Part shown: positions 39,611-52,194 of the stretch, piece after piece | Layout of the letters: each line of letters opens with the position of its first letter | How positions within the stretch are numbered: the stretch's first letter is position 1 | Source: the human T2T-CHM13v2.0 reference genome, Homo sapiens | Assembly: GCF_009914755.1 (NCBI RefSeq) | Contig: NC_060927.1 | DNA length: 64,000 nucleotides | Reading direction: 5' to 3' (one strand) | Program-made: the position numbers and the translations under genes | The notes under the pieces: model-generated | What the model was told of the DNA's origin: nothing | Databases searched by the model: none | What the model saw: only the letters and a program-made list of their open reading frames with translations

Positions 39611-40363
39611 AAAAACTTTGTACAGCAAATAAAACCAAAATGAAAAGGCAACCTATGGATTGAGAGAAAATATTTGCAAACCATATATGTGATGAGAGAC
39701 TAATATCCAAAATATATAAGGAACTCATACAACTCAATAGTGATAATAGTAATAGTAATAATTTGATTTAAAAATGGGCAAAAGACCTATGCAGACATTT
39801 TTCAAAAGAAGACATAAAAATGATCAACAGGTATGTGAACAGGTGCTCAACATCACTAATCATCAGGAACATTTGAATCAAAGCCATCATGAGATAGCAC
39901 CTCACACTTGTTGTTGAAAAGTAAGAGATAAGATTTATTAGGAGGATGTAGGTTAAAGGGAACTTTTGTGCATTGATGATGGGAGTTTAAGTTGGTACTG
40001 GTGTTATTTATAACAGTATAGGACTTCCTTAAAAAATAAAAACATAACTACCATATGATCCAGCAATTTCATTTCTTGGTATATATCTGGAGGAAACAAA
40101 ATCCATATGTTGAAAAGATATCTTCACTCCCATGTTCACTGTAGCATTATTCAGAATAACCAAGACATGGAAACAACCAAAGTAGCCATTGATGGATGAA
40201 TGAATAAAGAAAATGTTATAAACATATGTATACACACACATATAGTATTGTATTATTATATGTATAACATTATAATATTACTATATATACTATATGTAGA
40301 ATGTAATGTTATATATAATATAAACATAATATATGTAGTAATGTTATATATATAGTATGCATA

Positions 40364-40394
<31 letters not shown>

Positions 40395-40915
40395 TGTGTG
40401 TATATATAATATAATGTTATTCGGCATGAAATAGAAGGAAATCCTGCCATTTGCCACAATGTAGATGAACCTGGAGCACCTTATGCTAACTGAAATAAGT
40501 CAGCCAGAGCAAGACAAATTCTGTATGATCTCACTTATATGTGAAATCTAAAAAGTGCAAACTCAGAAAAGAGAGAGTAGAATGGTGGTTGCCAGAGTCT
40601 AGAGGGTGGGAGAAATGAGGAGATGTTGGTTAAAATATACAAATAGTCAATTATGAGAGAATAAGTTCCAGGAATCTAATGCACAGCATGGTGACTATAG
40701 TTAAGAAGGCTGTATAGTGTAATTGAAATTTGTAAGAGTACATCTTAAATGCTCTCAATACAAAAAATAAAATTGGTAACAATGTGAGGTGATGGATGTG
40801 TTAAATAACTTGAATGTGGTAATCATTTCACAATATATACATATATCAAAGTAGTACATACACCCAAAATGTGTGCAATTTTGTTTGTCAATTAAATTAT
40901 ACCTTATTAAATCTG
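39611..40915 (+). mobile_element. L1MA9-like 3' ORF2 and 3'UTR
   Basis: gagaaaatatttgcaaacc, ctaccatatgatccagcaat, cagcatggtgactatagtta, tgtgaggtgatggatgtgtta. Confidence 0.85.
40215..40415. repeat. AT-rich (TA)n low complexity plus (TG)n
   Basis: Direct inspection. Confidence 0.9.
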
Positions 40916-42156
40916 GTAACAAACAAACAAATAGAAAACAAGAGGGCCTAAGATGGAGACTTGAAGAATGCCAACTATTCTGATGAATTTTCCTGCTTTC
41001 CCATTGATTGTAAATTGTTCTCCGTCTGTTGAATTATCTAAAGCATGCTGATAAAAATTTGGGTTTCTGAATGTCAATTTTATAAGCCTATCCAGCATTA
41101 AAACAGAAAAGAACAAAAGTAGATGAATATGATGATGATCTCTATGTGTGAACAGGAAGATAATGACTGTGGTGGAAGATTCAAGTAAGAAAACTGACTG
41201 AAAGGAGGCTTTCTAAAAGATATCTTGGGTACAAAACTCAGGGGTACATGTAACTCAAGCTTCAGTTGTCAGTAATTCCAGTTGTCAGACTGGAATTATG
41301 CCTGGAACTTAGCAAGATAGAGTATCCTTGAGAACTTAAGCTATGAATTGGCTAACCAGCCTGAAAATGAAAGAGATTGGATTTATAAAATTCACTGTTC
41401 CAAAATTATGCCTTTTTCAGCTGGATGCAGTGACTTAGCTGGATACCAAGATTACTTTCTCAAGACGACATTCCTCAGTCTATAGGAAGGCAGATTTCTA
41501 TATAGCATGGCTAAATAAGAAAACCACAGGCTAACATACTTTTTTCAGAGGCTATGGAATATGAAAACAGAATTGTGACCCAAAAGTAAGTTTAGTTCCT
41601 TGCACATTTGTGACACAATTTCACCAGAAGACATCCTTTTATTTGAGACAGACCTGATGGCTTTGATATAGTTTAAAAAAAAAAAGTCTAGTTTCACTAA
41701 ACTTAGAGTGAAGATATTCCTTCAAATTTGTATCATTTTGCTTGATACTAAAGATTATTACCACTTGTTATTTTCTTAATTGGAACAAAAAATAATTACC
41801 CACCATCAGTCCTGCCTTATCCAGTAATATCTGAAAGACTAAAATTTTCCTATGTGTTTCTTCCCCTTTCTTTTTTAACACATATATAACTTCAGCTCCT
41901 TTGGAATGTCATATTTGTACTCATTCCACTATTCTGGAATCATTTTTGTTTCTGTCAACTTGAATTTCTCCAAGGACCCAGTCCCACTTGTGGCATCAAA
42001 ATTTGAATCGTTCTTTACTACAGATTGACAAATATTAAAAATAGAAAAAACATTAAAATCCAATTCAACGTAATATGCTTCAATCATCTAAAACCTAGTC
42101 CTTTTTAGCTCAGAGTATTTTATTGCTGAATTGTGTTTAGCTTTGCTGACCATAAC

Positions 42157-42453
42157 TTTTTTTTTTTTTTTTGAAACAGAATCTTGCTCTGTCGCTCAAG
42201 CTGGAGTGCAGTGGTGTGATCTCAGCTCACTGTAAGTTCTGCTGCCCAAGTTGAAGCGATTCTTCCACCTCAGCATCCTGAGCAGCTGGGACTACAGGTA
42301 CACACCACTGCACCTGGCTAATCTTTATATTTTTAGTAGAAGTGGGATATCACCATGTTGGCCAGGCTGGTCTTGAACTCCTGACTTCAAGTGATCTGCC
42401 TGTCTTGGCCTCCCATACTGCTGGGATTACAAGTGTGAACCACCATGCTGGCC
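42157..42453 (-). mobile_element. AluS (Sz/Sx-like), full length
   Basis: T16 tail, both monomers, ends caccatgctggcc. Confidence 0.96.
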
Positions 42454-42522
42454 TGTGACATTTTAATCTAGTCAATCAGTCTTGGAAAATAAAGCCTTGC
42501 TTTCTGTGGCACCTAAACCAAC

Positions 42523-42900
42523 TGATATGGTTTGGCTCTGTGTCCCCACCCAAATCTCTTCTTGAATTGTAATCCCCATAATCCCCACGTATTGAGGGAG
42601 GACCTATAGGGAAGTGATTGGATCCTGGGGGCCATTCCCGCACGCTGTTCTTGTGATAGTGAAGGAGTTCTCATGAGAGCTGATGGTTTTATAAGTGTTT
42701 GGAAGATACCCCTTCACGGCACTCTCCCTCCTGCTGTCTTGTGAAGAAGGTGCCTTGTTCCCCTTCACCTTCCACCATGATTGTAAGTTTCCTGAGGCCT
42801 CTCCAGCCATGTGGAATGGTGAGTCAATTAAACCTCTTTCTTTTAAAAATTACCCAGTCTCAGGTATTTCTTTATAGCAGTGCAAAAACTGACTAATACA
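42523..42900 (+). mobile_element. THE1D-like MaLR solo LTR
   Basis: tgatatggtttggctctgtgtccccacccaaatctc...gactaataca; perfect TSD CCAAC (42518-42522, 42901-42905). Confidence 0.95.
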
Positions 42901-43474
42901 CCAACCTCTTTGATATCAGTTTCATGTCAAGAATAAGAAAAATAAGGAAGAAAATTGGGAGATCGACATATTGAAATTTAAAGAATAGAATTGGGTTTGA
43001 AAAAAATGTTTTAGGTAAAAATCTTTCCATGAAAAAAATTTTTCAAAATGAATATGGAGTGGTAGGGAAAATTTGAAGGTGTTGAGAAGTTGTTTTAAAA
43101 AAGGAAAAGTTGTAAGAGTGAAAAGAAATACTGTGGTTCAATCCACTGGTTGAGAAATGTTGAGAGAGCAATTTTAATCACCCTTGTTCCATTGTCTCTT
43201 ACTGCCATGTCTTTCTAAAAGACCCAGTTCAAATCTTCAATTCCCTTTTATTCCATCCTCTTCCTTCCACATTCTCCTTTCTCTCTCTTTCTTCCTTCCA
43301 CCTACCTCCTTCCTTTTCTTCTTTCTCTTCTCCCTCATCACAGAGTTTTGCAATAAGGGATTCAAAAAACTCACCAGTATGCACGCAAGTGTAAGAGATA
43401 AATAAAGCCAAGGGTAGATATGGGTTAGAATAACTGGGAACCATGCCAAATAAATTCCACTATTTAATACAGTT

Positions 43475-43590
43475 TAATTCACTTCAACAGTAATTTATAA
43501 AGTACCTCCTACATGCAAGACATCCTAGTAAGCACTAGCGACACAAAGATGATATTTAACATATTGTATTAAAGGAGTTTATAGTCAAGT
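43475..43590 (-). mobile_element. L2 3' fragment
   Basis: attcacttcaaca...agtacctcctacatgcaagacat. Confidence 0.6.
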
Positions 43591-44329
43591 ATATTTAATT
43601 CAGAAATTCATTTACTGTTTTTACTGGAGAGAATTGTCATATTTTACACTTTTCATCTAATGTTTACTAAAGAGTTTATATAGCAGCATTTGAGGAGTAA
43701 ATAACTAAGATCTAGCAGGATGATTGTTTGCTATTCTGTTGTCTGGGACAATAAGTATTTACCAGTGGAGCTCTTTATGTACCTAGTACAACCTTGATAT
43801 TTTAGACTCTAAAATTATACCATTATTTAATTTTATCCACCTACAAACAGGAACAGAATGATACGACTAAGTCAGGCCAAGTTTTTCCATCTAGTCTTTG
43901 TTGTGACCATGTTGGAAATATTTCATAGTGAAGCCCTGTAACTGGAAGCTCCAGGATGATTTTGCTGTGTTTGGGTAGCTTTTCACTGAGCCATAAGGGT
44001 GAGTTACTCATTATAGCAGTGCTACTCAGGGTTTTCTATTCTAAGAGTTATCTTTCCTCATTTCTCTCTTGTTTCCTTCTCTCTTTCCATTTCTTAAGCA
44101 CCTGTTAACTCTGCTACAAATGAGGCACTACACTCTAGTAGTTGTCCCTTACTCTGCTCTTCTTATCAATGAGCAGACATTTCAAGGGCCACCCATGACA
44201 TCTGAAGGCATAAAGTGTATGAATTATTTAAGTTTCATAGTGTCTGGTAGTTTCCATATACAAGTTTTAGATTTCATTTTTTAAATTGAAATATGAACTT
44301 TGTTTGAGAAGTCAAAGACTAGGACATAA

Positions 44330-44570
44330 AAAAATAAACAATGTTCTATATCCCCATCCCCATTTCCTGCTCTACAAAGACAAATTCTTTTCAATACCTT
44401 TATCTCTTTCTTTTGTAATTTATCTCTGTATCTCTAACATACCTATATTTTGCTTAAATAATCTTTTAATTACTTTTTTTTAGTCTTATGTCTTATCTAT
44501 TGATCCAACATTACGGATGGCAGGTCCTTGGCTCTCTTTTGTCCCTACTCCCTACCACCTTTGTAGTTAT
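44330..44570 (-). mobile_element. HAL1/L1ME-like 3' fragment
   Basis: tgtaatttatctctgtatctctaa...ttatctattga...ttggctctcttt. Confidence 0.45.
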
Positions 44571-44714
44571 ATAATGGGCCAAGGTATAGACCTTACCAGT
44601 GGAACCTGAGTAAAAGTTGGCTGGGCAATGTGTTAGAAATCACAGACTTGCTTCTTATTCTCTCAGCCTATCTCTGCTTTTGTTGGTGCTACAACAAATA
44701 AATATGTATCAAAG

Positions 44715-45141
44715 TGTAGCCCACTAAAGTTTGTTTCCATGCATTTATTGCTTTCTAGTTTGGGCCATCTCTGCTGCTCTCTGTGGGACACCTTTGGAAA
44801 TGTGCTCAGTCATATCATCCATCCGTAATACTGGAAGTGCAAGAGTTAACATCCCTAGGACAACCTTATCTAATGGAGGGCAGGACTGGCAGACAAATGT
44901 TCCTTTCTTCTGTTCCTTGGTCTGAACAAACCCTGAAGTCCAGTCTACATGTTATTTTAGAAGACCTCTGTGGGACCAAGCCACAATTCTCTATGGTGGT
45001 AGCCAGCTTAATAATGCATTGCCTTTCACTTCTCTCTGGTTTCCCTCAATCCAGTCTCCTTCTCACATTCCCCAAAATAACTACCTCCATGTGGGTTCTT
45101 ACTCTAAGCTCTGTTTTTTTGGGGAAACCCGGGCTACTATA
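44715..45141 (+). mobile_element. LTR16-family (ERVL) solo LTR
   Basis: ggaagtgcaagagttaaca, ccccaaaataactacct, ctctgttttttggggaaaccc end. Confidence 0.7.
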
Positions 45142-45149
45142 AAGGCTTT

Positions 45150-45455
45150 TGGGAAAGATGATCCCACCTGATTAAAAGGAGAGAGGTGTATGAGGAGAAA
45201 GGTCTGCCCTTTCTTGTCACTTTTGAACATTGTCTTGAGGATATCATGCTTGGAGCTATGAAAAAAAAAGGCCAGAGAATCACAAAAGAGGGGACATCCG
45301 CAAAGAATCACAAAGAAGGATCACTGAAATTGCTAAACTGCCTAATTAACCAATTCTGGGATTGCCTTCTTTCAGATTTCTTGTTATAAGAAATAATAGT
45401 GCTTTTAAAATGTTATCTAGGAATTTCTTAATTGCAACTGAAAGCATTCAGACAT
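45150..45455 (+). mobile_element. Old MLT1 (K/L-like) LTR fragment
   Basis: atgcttggagct...aaggccagagaatcac...cagatttcttgttat...ttgcaactgaaagcatt. Confidence 0.6.
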
Positions 45456-45509
45456 GCGTTGCAATCTTCCTTGGCTTTAGGCCTGTCCTGATGGGGATGG
45501 AAAACAACT

Positions 45510-45865
45510 TATTCTCATGTCCTAACCTTTGTACATGTTATTCCTTGTACTTGAAATGGCCTCCCGATTTCTTCCTTTTCTTCCTGATTGCTCCTCTTCT
45601 TGGCTGTCTAATTCTCATTTTTCTTCAAGATTCAACTTAAGCTCCACATTTAGTTTGAATTAAATGCCCCTTCTCCTGCTTGCCTCATACCCTTGCATAC
45701 CTTCCTCAGAACACCTTACAGTGTCTTATAATCTGCTATGTGTTTTTTGTCTCTGTTTAAATTGTAATATTCCATCTAAATTGTAATATTCCTAAAGATA
45801 GAAACTCTGTTTCCAGGGCTTAGTACAATGCCTAACATTTAATGATATATTTACTGAATGATTAA
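45510..45865 (+). mobile_element. L2 3' fragment
   Basis: tcttcaagattcaactta...ccagggcttagtacaatgcct...tttactgaatga. Confidence 0.65.
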
Positions 45866-46314
45866 TTATGGCTGGGAGGGGAGATGTTGGCAGAATGGTG
45901 ATAAAGACAAACCATAGTTTGGACTCAGAGTCAAGGTCATTTGATCTAACATTCCTATTTTATAGAAAACAAAACAGGTTGGGTATCAATAGTAAAGAAT
46001 TTCTGCTGTATAAAAATTACTAAAATGCTCTATAAAACAAATGGATGAGATTAAACAATCTTTATGATTCCTTCCAAACAATTAAAAAATTACTTACTTC
46101 TTCTTAAAAAAAATTTAATGCCAGATACTGGTAGAGAAAGTCCTAGAGTCAAGGTTTCTTGACAGTCTTTTTAAAACATCTCCTTTGTCACATAGGTCCA
46201 TGGATACATGAATAGACGTCATTATCGAGGTTAAGCAAAACTCTTCTCCTAGCCGAAGACACCTGTGAACAAAATTTCTGAGTAAATAAATTTTATGAAA
46301 AACAAGTAGTTAGT

Positions 46315-46955
46315 TGGTTATCAAGCTATTATTTTTCAAATCTGCTGTTCTATACTCTGCTCTGTGATGCTGTGGCTGGGACCCTGTAGACCACATTTCT
46401 GCTTTCCCTGCCTGCTCCGTGAAAAGCTGCTGATAGAGGATACTAGAGAGAGTCTGAAAGGCAGAAGGAAAGGCAGGGTCATGCTCCTTTCTGTTGGTTT
46501 TCTGTTATGATCACTATCAGCAGTGGTTCTATGCCTCAGCAGCAGTGGCTGGTTCCAGTAACCGTTTATTTCAATTCCCAGTTTTTTCTCCATAATCTGA
46601 TACTCAAGCCCTCTTTCTCACAGATGCCTGCACCAGCTCCACTGGCACTTTCCTTTGAGCTCCTGAGCCATCAGAACCAGCCAGACAACATCTCTTCCTC
46701 AGAATTCTGGGTCTCAGCTCTGTGGGATCATTCTTTCTCCAAGCTCTTTGTTCTAATAACCCCAGTCATTTCTCTTTGTTGCCCCAGCCCTAGGGACAGT
46801 AGCTGAATTCTGCAGTTACTACTTCTATGTTACCACGGTGTTCTTTCTTTCCTTTTTCTAGTCCTTCACTACCTGCTTAACTAAATCCCTATATAAAATT
46901 GTCTCTGTTAAAATAACTGGCATGGCATTTATTTTCTTAACTAGAATCATACTGT
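46315..46955 (+). mobile_element. LTR33-family (ERVL) solo LTR
   Basis: ctctgtgatgctgtggctggga, ccccagccctaggg, tccctatataaaattgtctctgtt..aataact. Confidence 0.75.
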
Positions 46956-47109
46956 GAGATATATGAATCTATTTTAAAACATATATACATATATAATTAT
47001 TTGTTTATTTTTACATGTTAATAGAAAGCAAATATTTTCATATCTGTAAGTAATTTTTTCTTTATGTTAAATCCCTGTAAACTCTCATGAGCTACTTGAA
47101 AACCAGGAC

Positions 47110-47555
47110 TGCTGTGGGTTGGATGTGGTTTGTCCACACAAAAACTCCCGTTGGAATTTGGTACCTAATGTGGCAATGTTGAGGGTTGGGGCCCAGTAGG
47201 AGGGGATTGGGCCATGAGGGGGGATGCATCCTAAATATCTTAATGTCCTCCCTGAGGGTGAGTGAGTTCTCACTATCTCTTGACAATAGATTAGTTTCTA
47301 TGAGAGCAGCCTGTTATAAAGTGTCTGGCTTCCTTGGTTTCTCTCTTGCTTCCTCTCTTGCCATGAAATATTTTCACACACACTGACTCTTCTGCTTTGC
47401 CATGAGTGGAAGCAGCATGAGGTACTCACCAGGTGCAGCTACTCAATCTTAGATTTTCCAACTAGGTTTATTATGAGCCAAATAAAGCTTATTTCTTTAT
47501 AAATGATCCAGTCTCGGGTATTCTGTTTCAGCAACACAAAATGGACTCAGGGATA
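47110..47555 (+). mobile_element. MSTB1/B2-like MaLR solo LTR
   Basis: tgctgtgggttggatgtggtttgtcc...gagtgagttctcact...cagcaacacaaaatggact. Confidence 0.88.
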
Positions 47556-47874
47556 ATTTTATTAATTCATATATTCCTTAACCATAGTAGGTTGTTGAAT
47601 GAATTAATTAGAATTCCTGGATAAAACACCTGGATAAAATACCAAAGAAAGACTAACATGGGAAGCTGTGATGACGTCAGCAGGAATTTAGTCTTTTTGG
47701 TTGCAAAGCAGATGATTATTGCTAAGGAAAAGAAATTGTGGCATTTTCTGTAACATCATCATTTAAGCTTTAGAATTAATTTGGAAAATGTGTTTATTTA
47801 TGACTCAAAGAAGCTGGACTTAGAAACAAATTTCTGGCCATCAGGGACTGAAATGTGCCAAGATCATAAAAATC

Positions 47875-48100
47875 ATGACCATTCATTACGTACCTACTGT
47901 GTGCCTGACACGGTGCTATTTTGCGTCTATGATCTCTAATTTTCCCCAAAATCTTATTTTTAGTAACACAATATTTATTTTACAAATGAAGAAATAGGCT
48001 ATGATAGTCTAAGTAAATTGCCCAGGATTGCATAGCTAGTTAGTAACTAAGATGTGATTTAAAACCCAGGTTTTTTACTCCTAAGACCATTTTATTTTGC
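47875..48100 (-). mobile_element. MIR
   Basis: tacctactgtgtgcc...ttttacaaatgaagaaatagg...ttgcccagg..catagctagt. Confidence 0.8.
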
Positions 48101-48143
48101 CATGTCTTCTTAGGGCTCAAGATTTGGCCTTGCTAATTGAGGT

Positions 48144-48297
48144 AGAGATGCACAATCTTGTACTTCACATTTTCGTATCTAGTACAATGTGCTCTAATGA
48201 GCACTTGAACTTATTGTTGGGCAGTATGAGAAATAACAGCTTTAAAACAGCTTAATGCTTGAAGTCTTTTTTATATAGAAATAAATGCTAGTAGAAC
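48144..48297 (+). repeat. Copy A of an unclassified ~150-bp diverged direct repeat
   Basis: Aligns by eye to 49100-49244 at roughly 80-85% identity. Confidence 0.85.
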
Positions 48298-49099
48298 AAA
48301 ACAGTGCCTTTCTTACACTCTGTTAACTGTTGTTAAGTGTGCTTTAATCTACTCCTGACCCAGTGCATAGGCTTTGATCTGATTGCATTTCTGGATCTGA
48401 ATCTAATTTACTGTTGAAATTTGATTGAGATTTAGCTTTGATTAGCTTAGTGTCAAAGGTACGTGGGTTTTTTTCTTTCAGGGGCCTATGGTTTTATCTT
48501 CTCTATCACTATCTCTAAGATACTTCTTGATAAACTTTTTGTCAGCATTAGAGAATTGTTTCTATTAGCCATTGGCCTTATTGTGCACTCAGTAACCTTA
48601 GGGTTTTTTTTTCTTTGTTTTCCAGTTCTCTCTTTCTGCCCAAAGACAAAATCACCTTGTGAGATGGAGCAGGAACAATTATTGATCTTGTTAGGGCTAA
48701 ATCTCCTATCTGGTCAATGCTAAGAGGATTTACCAATGTACATTTCTGCTAAATTTATTCCTTATCCCTTCTCAGCCTTTAGAAGTACAGAACAACAACT
48801 TTCTCCTTTATTAGTTAGAACATTTAAGAGTTGATACACATATAATAATAGAAAGGCCATTAACCTACCAGATTGTTGCTACCAGCAGCTGGTTTCACAT
48901 TGATACCGGTTCAGAGCCTTTATGTCTTACATGGAATATTTTGGACAAGAAAATTAAACACAATTTTGGAAATAAGATTTTCAGACAGAAGAAAAGTAAG
49001 TTTTGACAGTTTGGCAGGTGGAGGAATACATGTTGAACATGATGGTCCAAGAGCTGGTTTGAATGAACCGAGAATGGTTAGAAGGGATTGAAAGAAGAC

Positions 49100-49244
49100 A
49101 GAGATGGACAAGCTTACATTTCATATTTTCATATCTAGTGCAGTGTGTTCTACTTGGACTTATTGTTGGCCAATCTGAGAAATATCAGTTTTAAAACAGC
49201 TCAAAGCTTGAAGTCTTTTTATGCAGAAATCAATGTAGAAGCAC
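49100..49244 (+). repeat. Copy B of an unclassified ~150-bp diverged direct repeat
   Basis: Shared blocks acttattgttgg, tgagaaata, tttaaaacagct, gcttgaagtctttt. Confidence 0.85.
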
Positions 49245-49814
49245 ACGGAAACTGCAACATCCCTCAGCCCCAACTCCTTGGGAGCTGAGAAAGAAGTGGT
49301 ATTGGAAAGGGAGATGAGGTTTGGATTCAAGGCAAGTTTTGTTTACATCCCAGTTTTTCTTGGGACTAGCTCTGTTGGTAATCTGTCTTTCCCAGAAAAT
49401 GCTAAGCATGAAGATTTTCTGGTCATGGAAAACATAGAAGAAAAGCTACATGGCATTCACATATGCAGTGTCTTTCTTAATAGTTTGGGAAGTGAAAGGG
49501 GTTCTGGTGGTTTGTAGGGAAATTACAAAGTGAGAAAGAAGATTAAAAATAAGAATTCCTGCAAAGATCAAAAGAACCCTGCTGGGGAAGTTCCCATGAT
49601 CTAGAAGTTGGTTATTATGATTTAGTGCACATTCTCTTAATTGCTATCGCTATTTTTCAAATCAGTCTCCTGGAGATGTGGGAGCATAACACCAATTTTA
49701 CAGTTTAGCTTAAAGCTAAACTCTATTTACTTTAGAAACATGTTTATGAGTGCCTACCCATAAACTGAAGAATACATGTAAGAAATTATGTTGAAAGGAG
49801 ACAGAGAATAAAGC

Positions 49815-50170
49815 AGGAAAGGAATACTTACTGAGCATCTACTATGTATCAGACATTGTACTAGGTTTTTTTTTTAAGAAAAAAACTTAATTTTGAGATA
49901 ATTGTAGGTTCACATGCAATTGTAGGAGAAAAATGCAGAGAGATCCCATGTACCTTTTACCCAGTTTTTTTTTTAACCCCAGTGGTAACATCCTATAAAG
50001 ATATAGTATAATACGAAAAACTTGCTTACTTTAGAAGTCCAATTCTATCCCATTTTAAATAGAAAAATTTGAGGACAGAGTTTAAAATAATGCTGAATTT
50101 TACCTAGTAAAATAAATCAAAGGTAAAATTGAATTGAAAATTTAAAATCAAATTTTAGCTACTCACACAA
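49815..50170 (-). mobile_element. MIR split by an L1MC/MD 3' tip (~49870-50018, - strand)
   Basis: tactgagcatctactatgt; ttttgagataattgtaggttcacatgca...agagagatccc; tcccatttt...tgaggacagag. Confidence 0.7.
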
Positions 50171-50219
50171 AGCAAGGGATATCTGTGGAAAATAATGTAT
50201 AAAAAGTAATATTGGTAAT

Positions 50220-50563
50220 TGATATGGTTTGTCTGTGTCCCCACCCAAATCTCATCTTGAATTTCCACATGTTGTGGGAGGGACCCAGTGGGAGGTAATT
50301 AAATCACGGGGGCAGGTCTTTCCCATGCTATTCTCATGATAATTAATAAGTCTTAGGAGATCTGATGGTTTTAGAAAGGGGATGTTCCCTGGATGAGCTC
50401 TTTTCTCTTGTCTGCCACCATGTGAGACATGCCTTTTACCTTCTGCCATGATTGTGAGGACTCCCCGGCCATGTGGAACTCTGAGTTCAGTACATCTCTT
50501 TCTTTTGTGAATTGCCCAGTCTTGTATATGTCTTTATCAGCAGTGTGAAAATGGACTAATACA
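50220..50563 (+). mobile_element. THE1A/B MaLR solo LTR
   Basis: tgatatggtttg...ggactaataca; perfect TSD GTAAT (50215-50219, 50564-50568). Confidence 0.95.
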
Positions 50564-50569
50564 GTAATA

Positions 50570-51535
50570 AATGTGAGTGACCAATAAGATCCTAAAGAAA
50601 GAAGATAATTTTGAAAGAGTTAAAAAAATTAGAGAGCTTAGTTCCTAGTAGCTATCAAAAGATTATGTATCCAAAATAATAAAAGAGTTTGGTATCAGTG
50701 AAGAATACCAAGATAGATCAGTAGAAGACAATATAAAGTCCGGAAATGGAGTCAAATAGATGTATGTGTTTTTAGTCTTTTATAAAAGGGAAATTCAAAA
50801 TTAGTGGGAAGTGATAGCATATTCAAAAGTGATGAGGACAATTTGATCAGGGAAAAAAAATTGACATCCTACACTTATTACGTATATCAAAATAAATTTG
50901 CAGATGAAACCCAATTATTGGAGGAAAAAAGGAACTATAGTTGTGAATAAGATAAGGGCTTACTTAGAAAATACTATGAGTATCTGGGTGATAGGATCAT
51001 TTGTACCACAAACCTCATCATTATGCAATATAACCAGGTAACAAACTTTCACATGTACCCCACCACCAAGCTAAAATAATAGTTGAAATAAAAAAAAAAA
51101 TCCTTAGAGCTGAGAACTTCATAATCATGACACAAAACCCAGAAGCTTTATTGGGAAAGATGGATAAATTTGACTACATGCAAATTAAAACTATTAAATA
51201 GGAAAATGCTATTAAATTATTTTAAATCAAAACCACAAATAGAGGCACATACTTACAAAATGTGTGAAAGAGAGTTCATTTCCTTCAGCAAATCAATAAA
51301 AAAAGACCAAATGCCTGGTAGTAAAATGGTGAAGAATACCAACAGGAAGTTTGTAGATAAATACAAGTGGTGAGTAAAGATATAAAATTATTCTGAACCT
51401 ACTTGTAATTAGGCAATTACAATATAAAATTTTTAATGAAGTGCCAATTTTCTTTGATCAGATTGTCATAGATTAAAAATTAGGTATTGAGCATATTGGA
51501 TCAAGAAAAACAAGCACTCGCTCTTGCATGAAGAT
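50570..51535 (+). mobile_element. Old L1M ORF2 fragment containing an L1PA16-like 3' tip (~50965-51100)
   Basis: A-rich ORF2-like sequence (gataaatttgactacat); caaacctcatcat...cacatgtaccc...A tail. Confidence 0.65.
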
Positions 51536-51538
51536 ACA

Positions 51539-52176
51539 TTTTTTTTAAAACTTATTTTAAATTTAGTGGCACAAGTGCAGGTTTGTTACATAGGTAAACT
51601 TATGTCATGGGGGTTTGTTGTGCAGATTATTTCATCACCCAGGTATTAAGCCTAGTACCCATTAGTTATTTTTTCCTGATCTTCTCCTTTCTCCCACCCT
51701 CTAACCTCCACTAGGCCCCAATTTGTGTTGTTCTCTCTATGTGTCCATGTGTTCTCATCATTTTGCTCCCACTTATAAGTGAGAACATGTGGTATTTGGT
51801 TGCCTGTTCCTGTGTTTGTTGGCTAAGGAAAAATGGCCTCCAGCTACATCCATGTCCCTGCAAAGAATATTATCTCATTCTTTTTTATGGTTGTATAGTA
51901 TTCCATGGTGTCTATGTGCCACATTTTCTTTATCCAGTCTATCATTGATGGGCATTTATGTTGATTCCATGTCTTTGCTATTGTGAATAGTGCTGCAATG
52001 AACATATGCATGCAAAAGAATACTTATACTTTGTTGGTGGAAGTGTAAATTAGTTTAGCCAATGTGGAAGATAGTGTGGTGATTTCTCAAAGACCTAAGG
52101 ACAGAAATACCATTCAACCAAGCAATCCCATTACTGGGTATATACCCAAAGGAATATAAATCATTCTATTATAAAG
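51539..52176 (-). mobile_element. L1PA (PA13-15-like) 3' end with a 5' inversion (52015-52176 on +)
   Basis: Antisense 3'UTR/ORF2 end at 51539-52014, joined to the sense segment that lies immediately upstream in the L1 consensus. Confidence 0.9.
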
Positions 52177-52194
52177 TTCTATGTTTAAAGTTCT

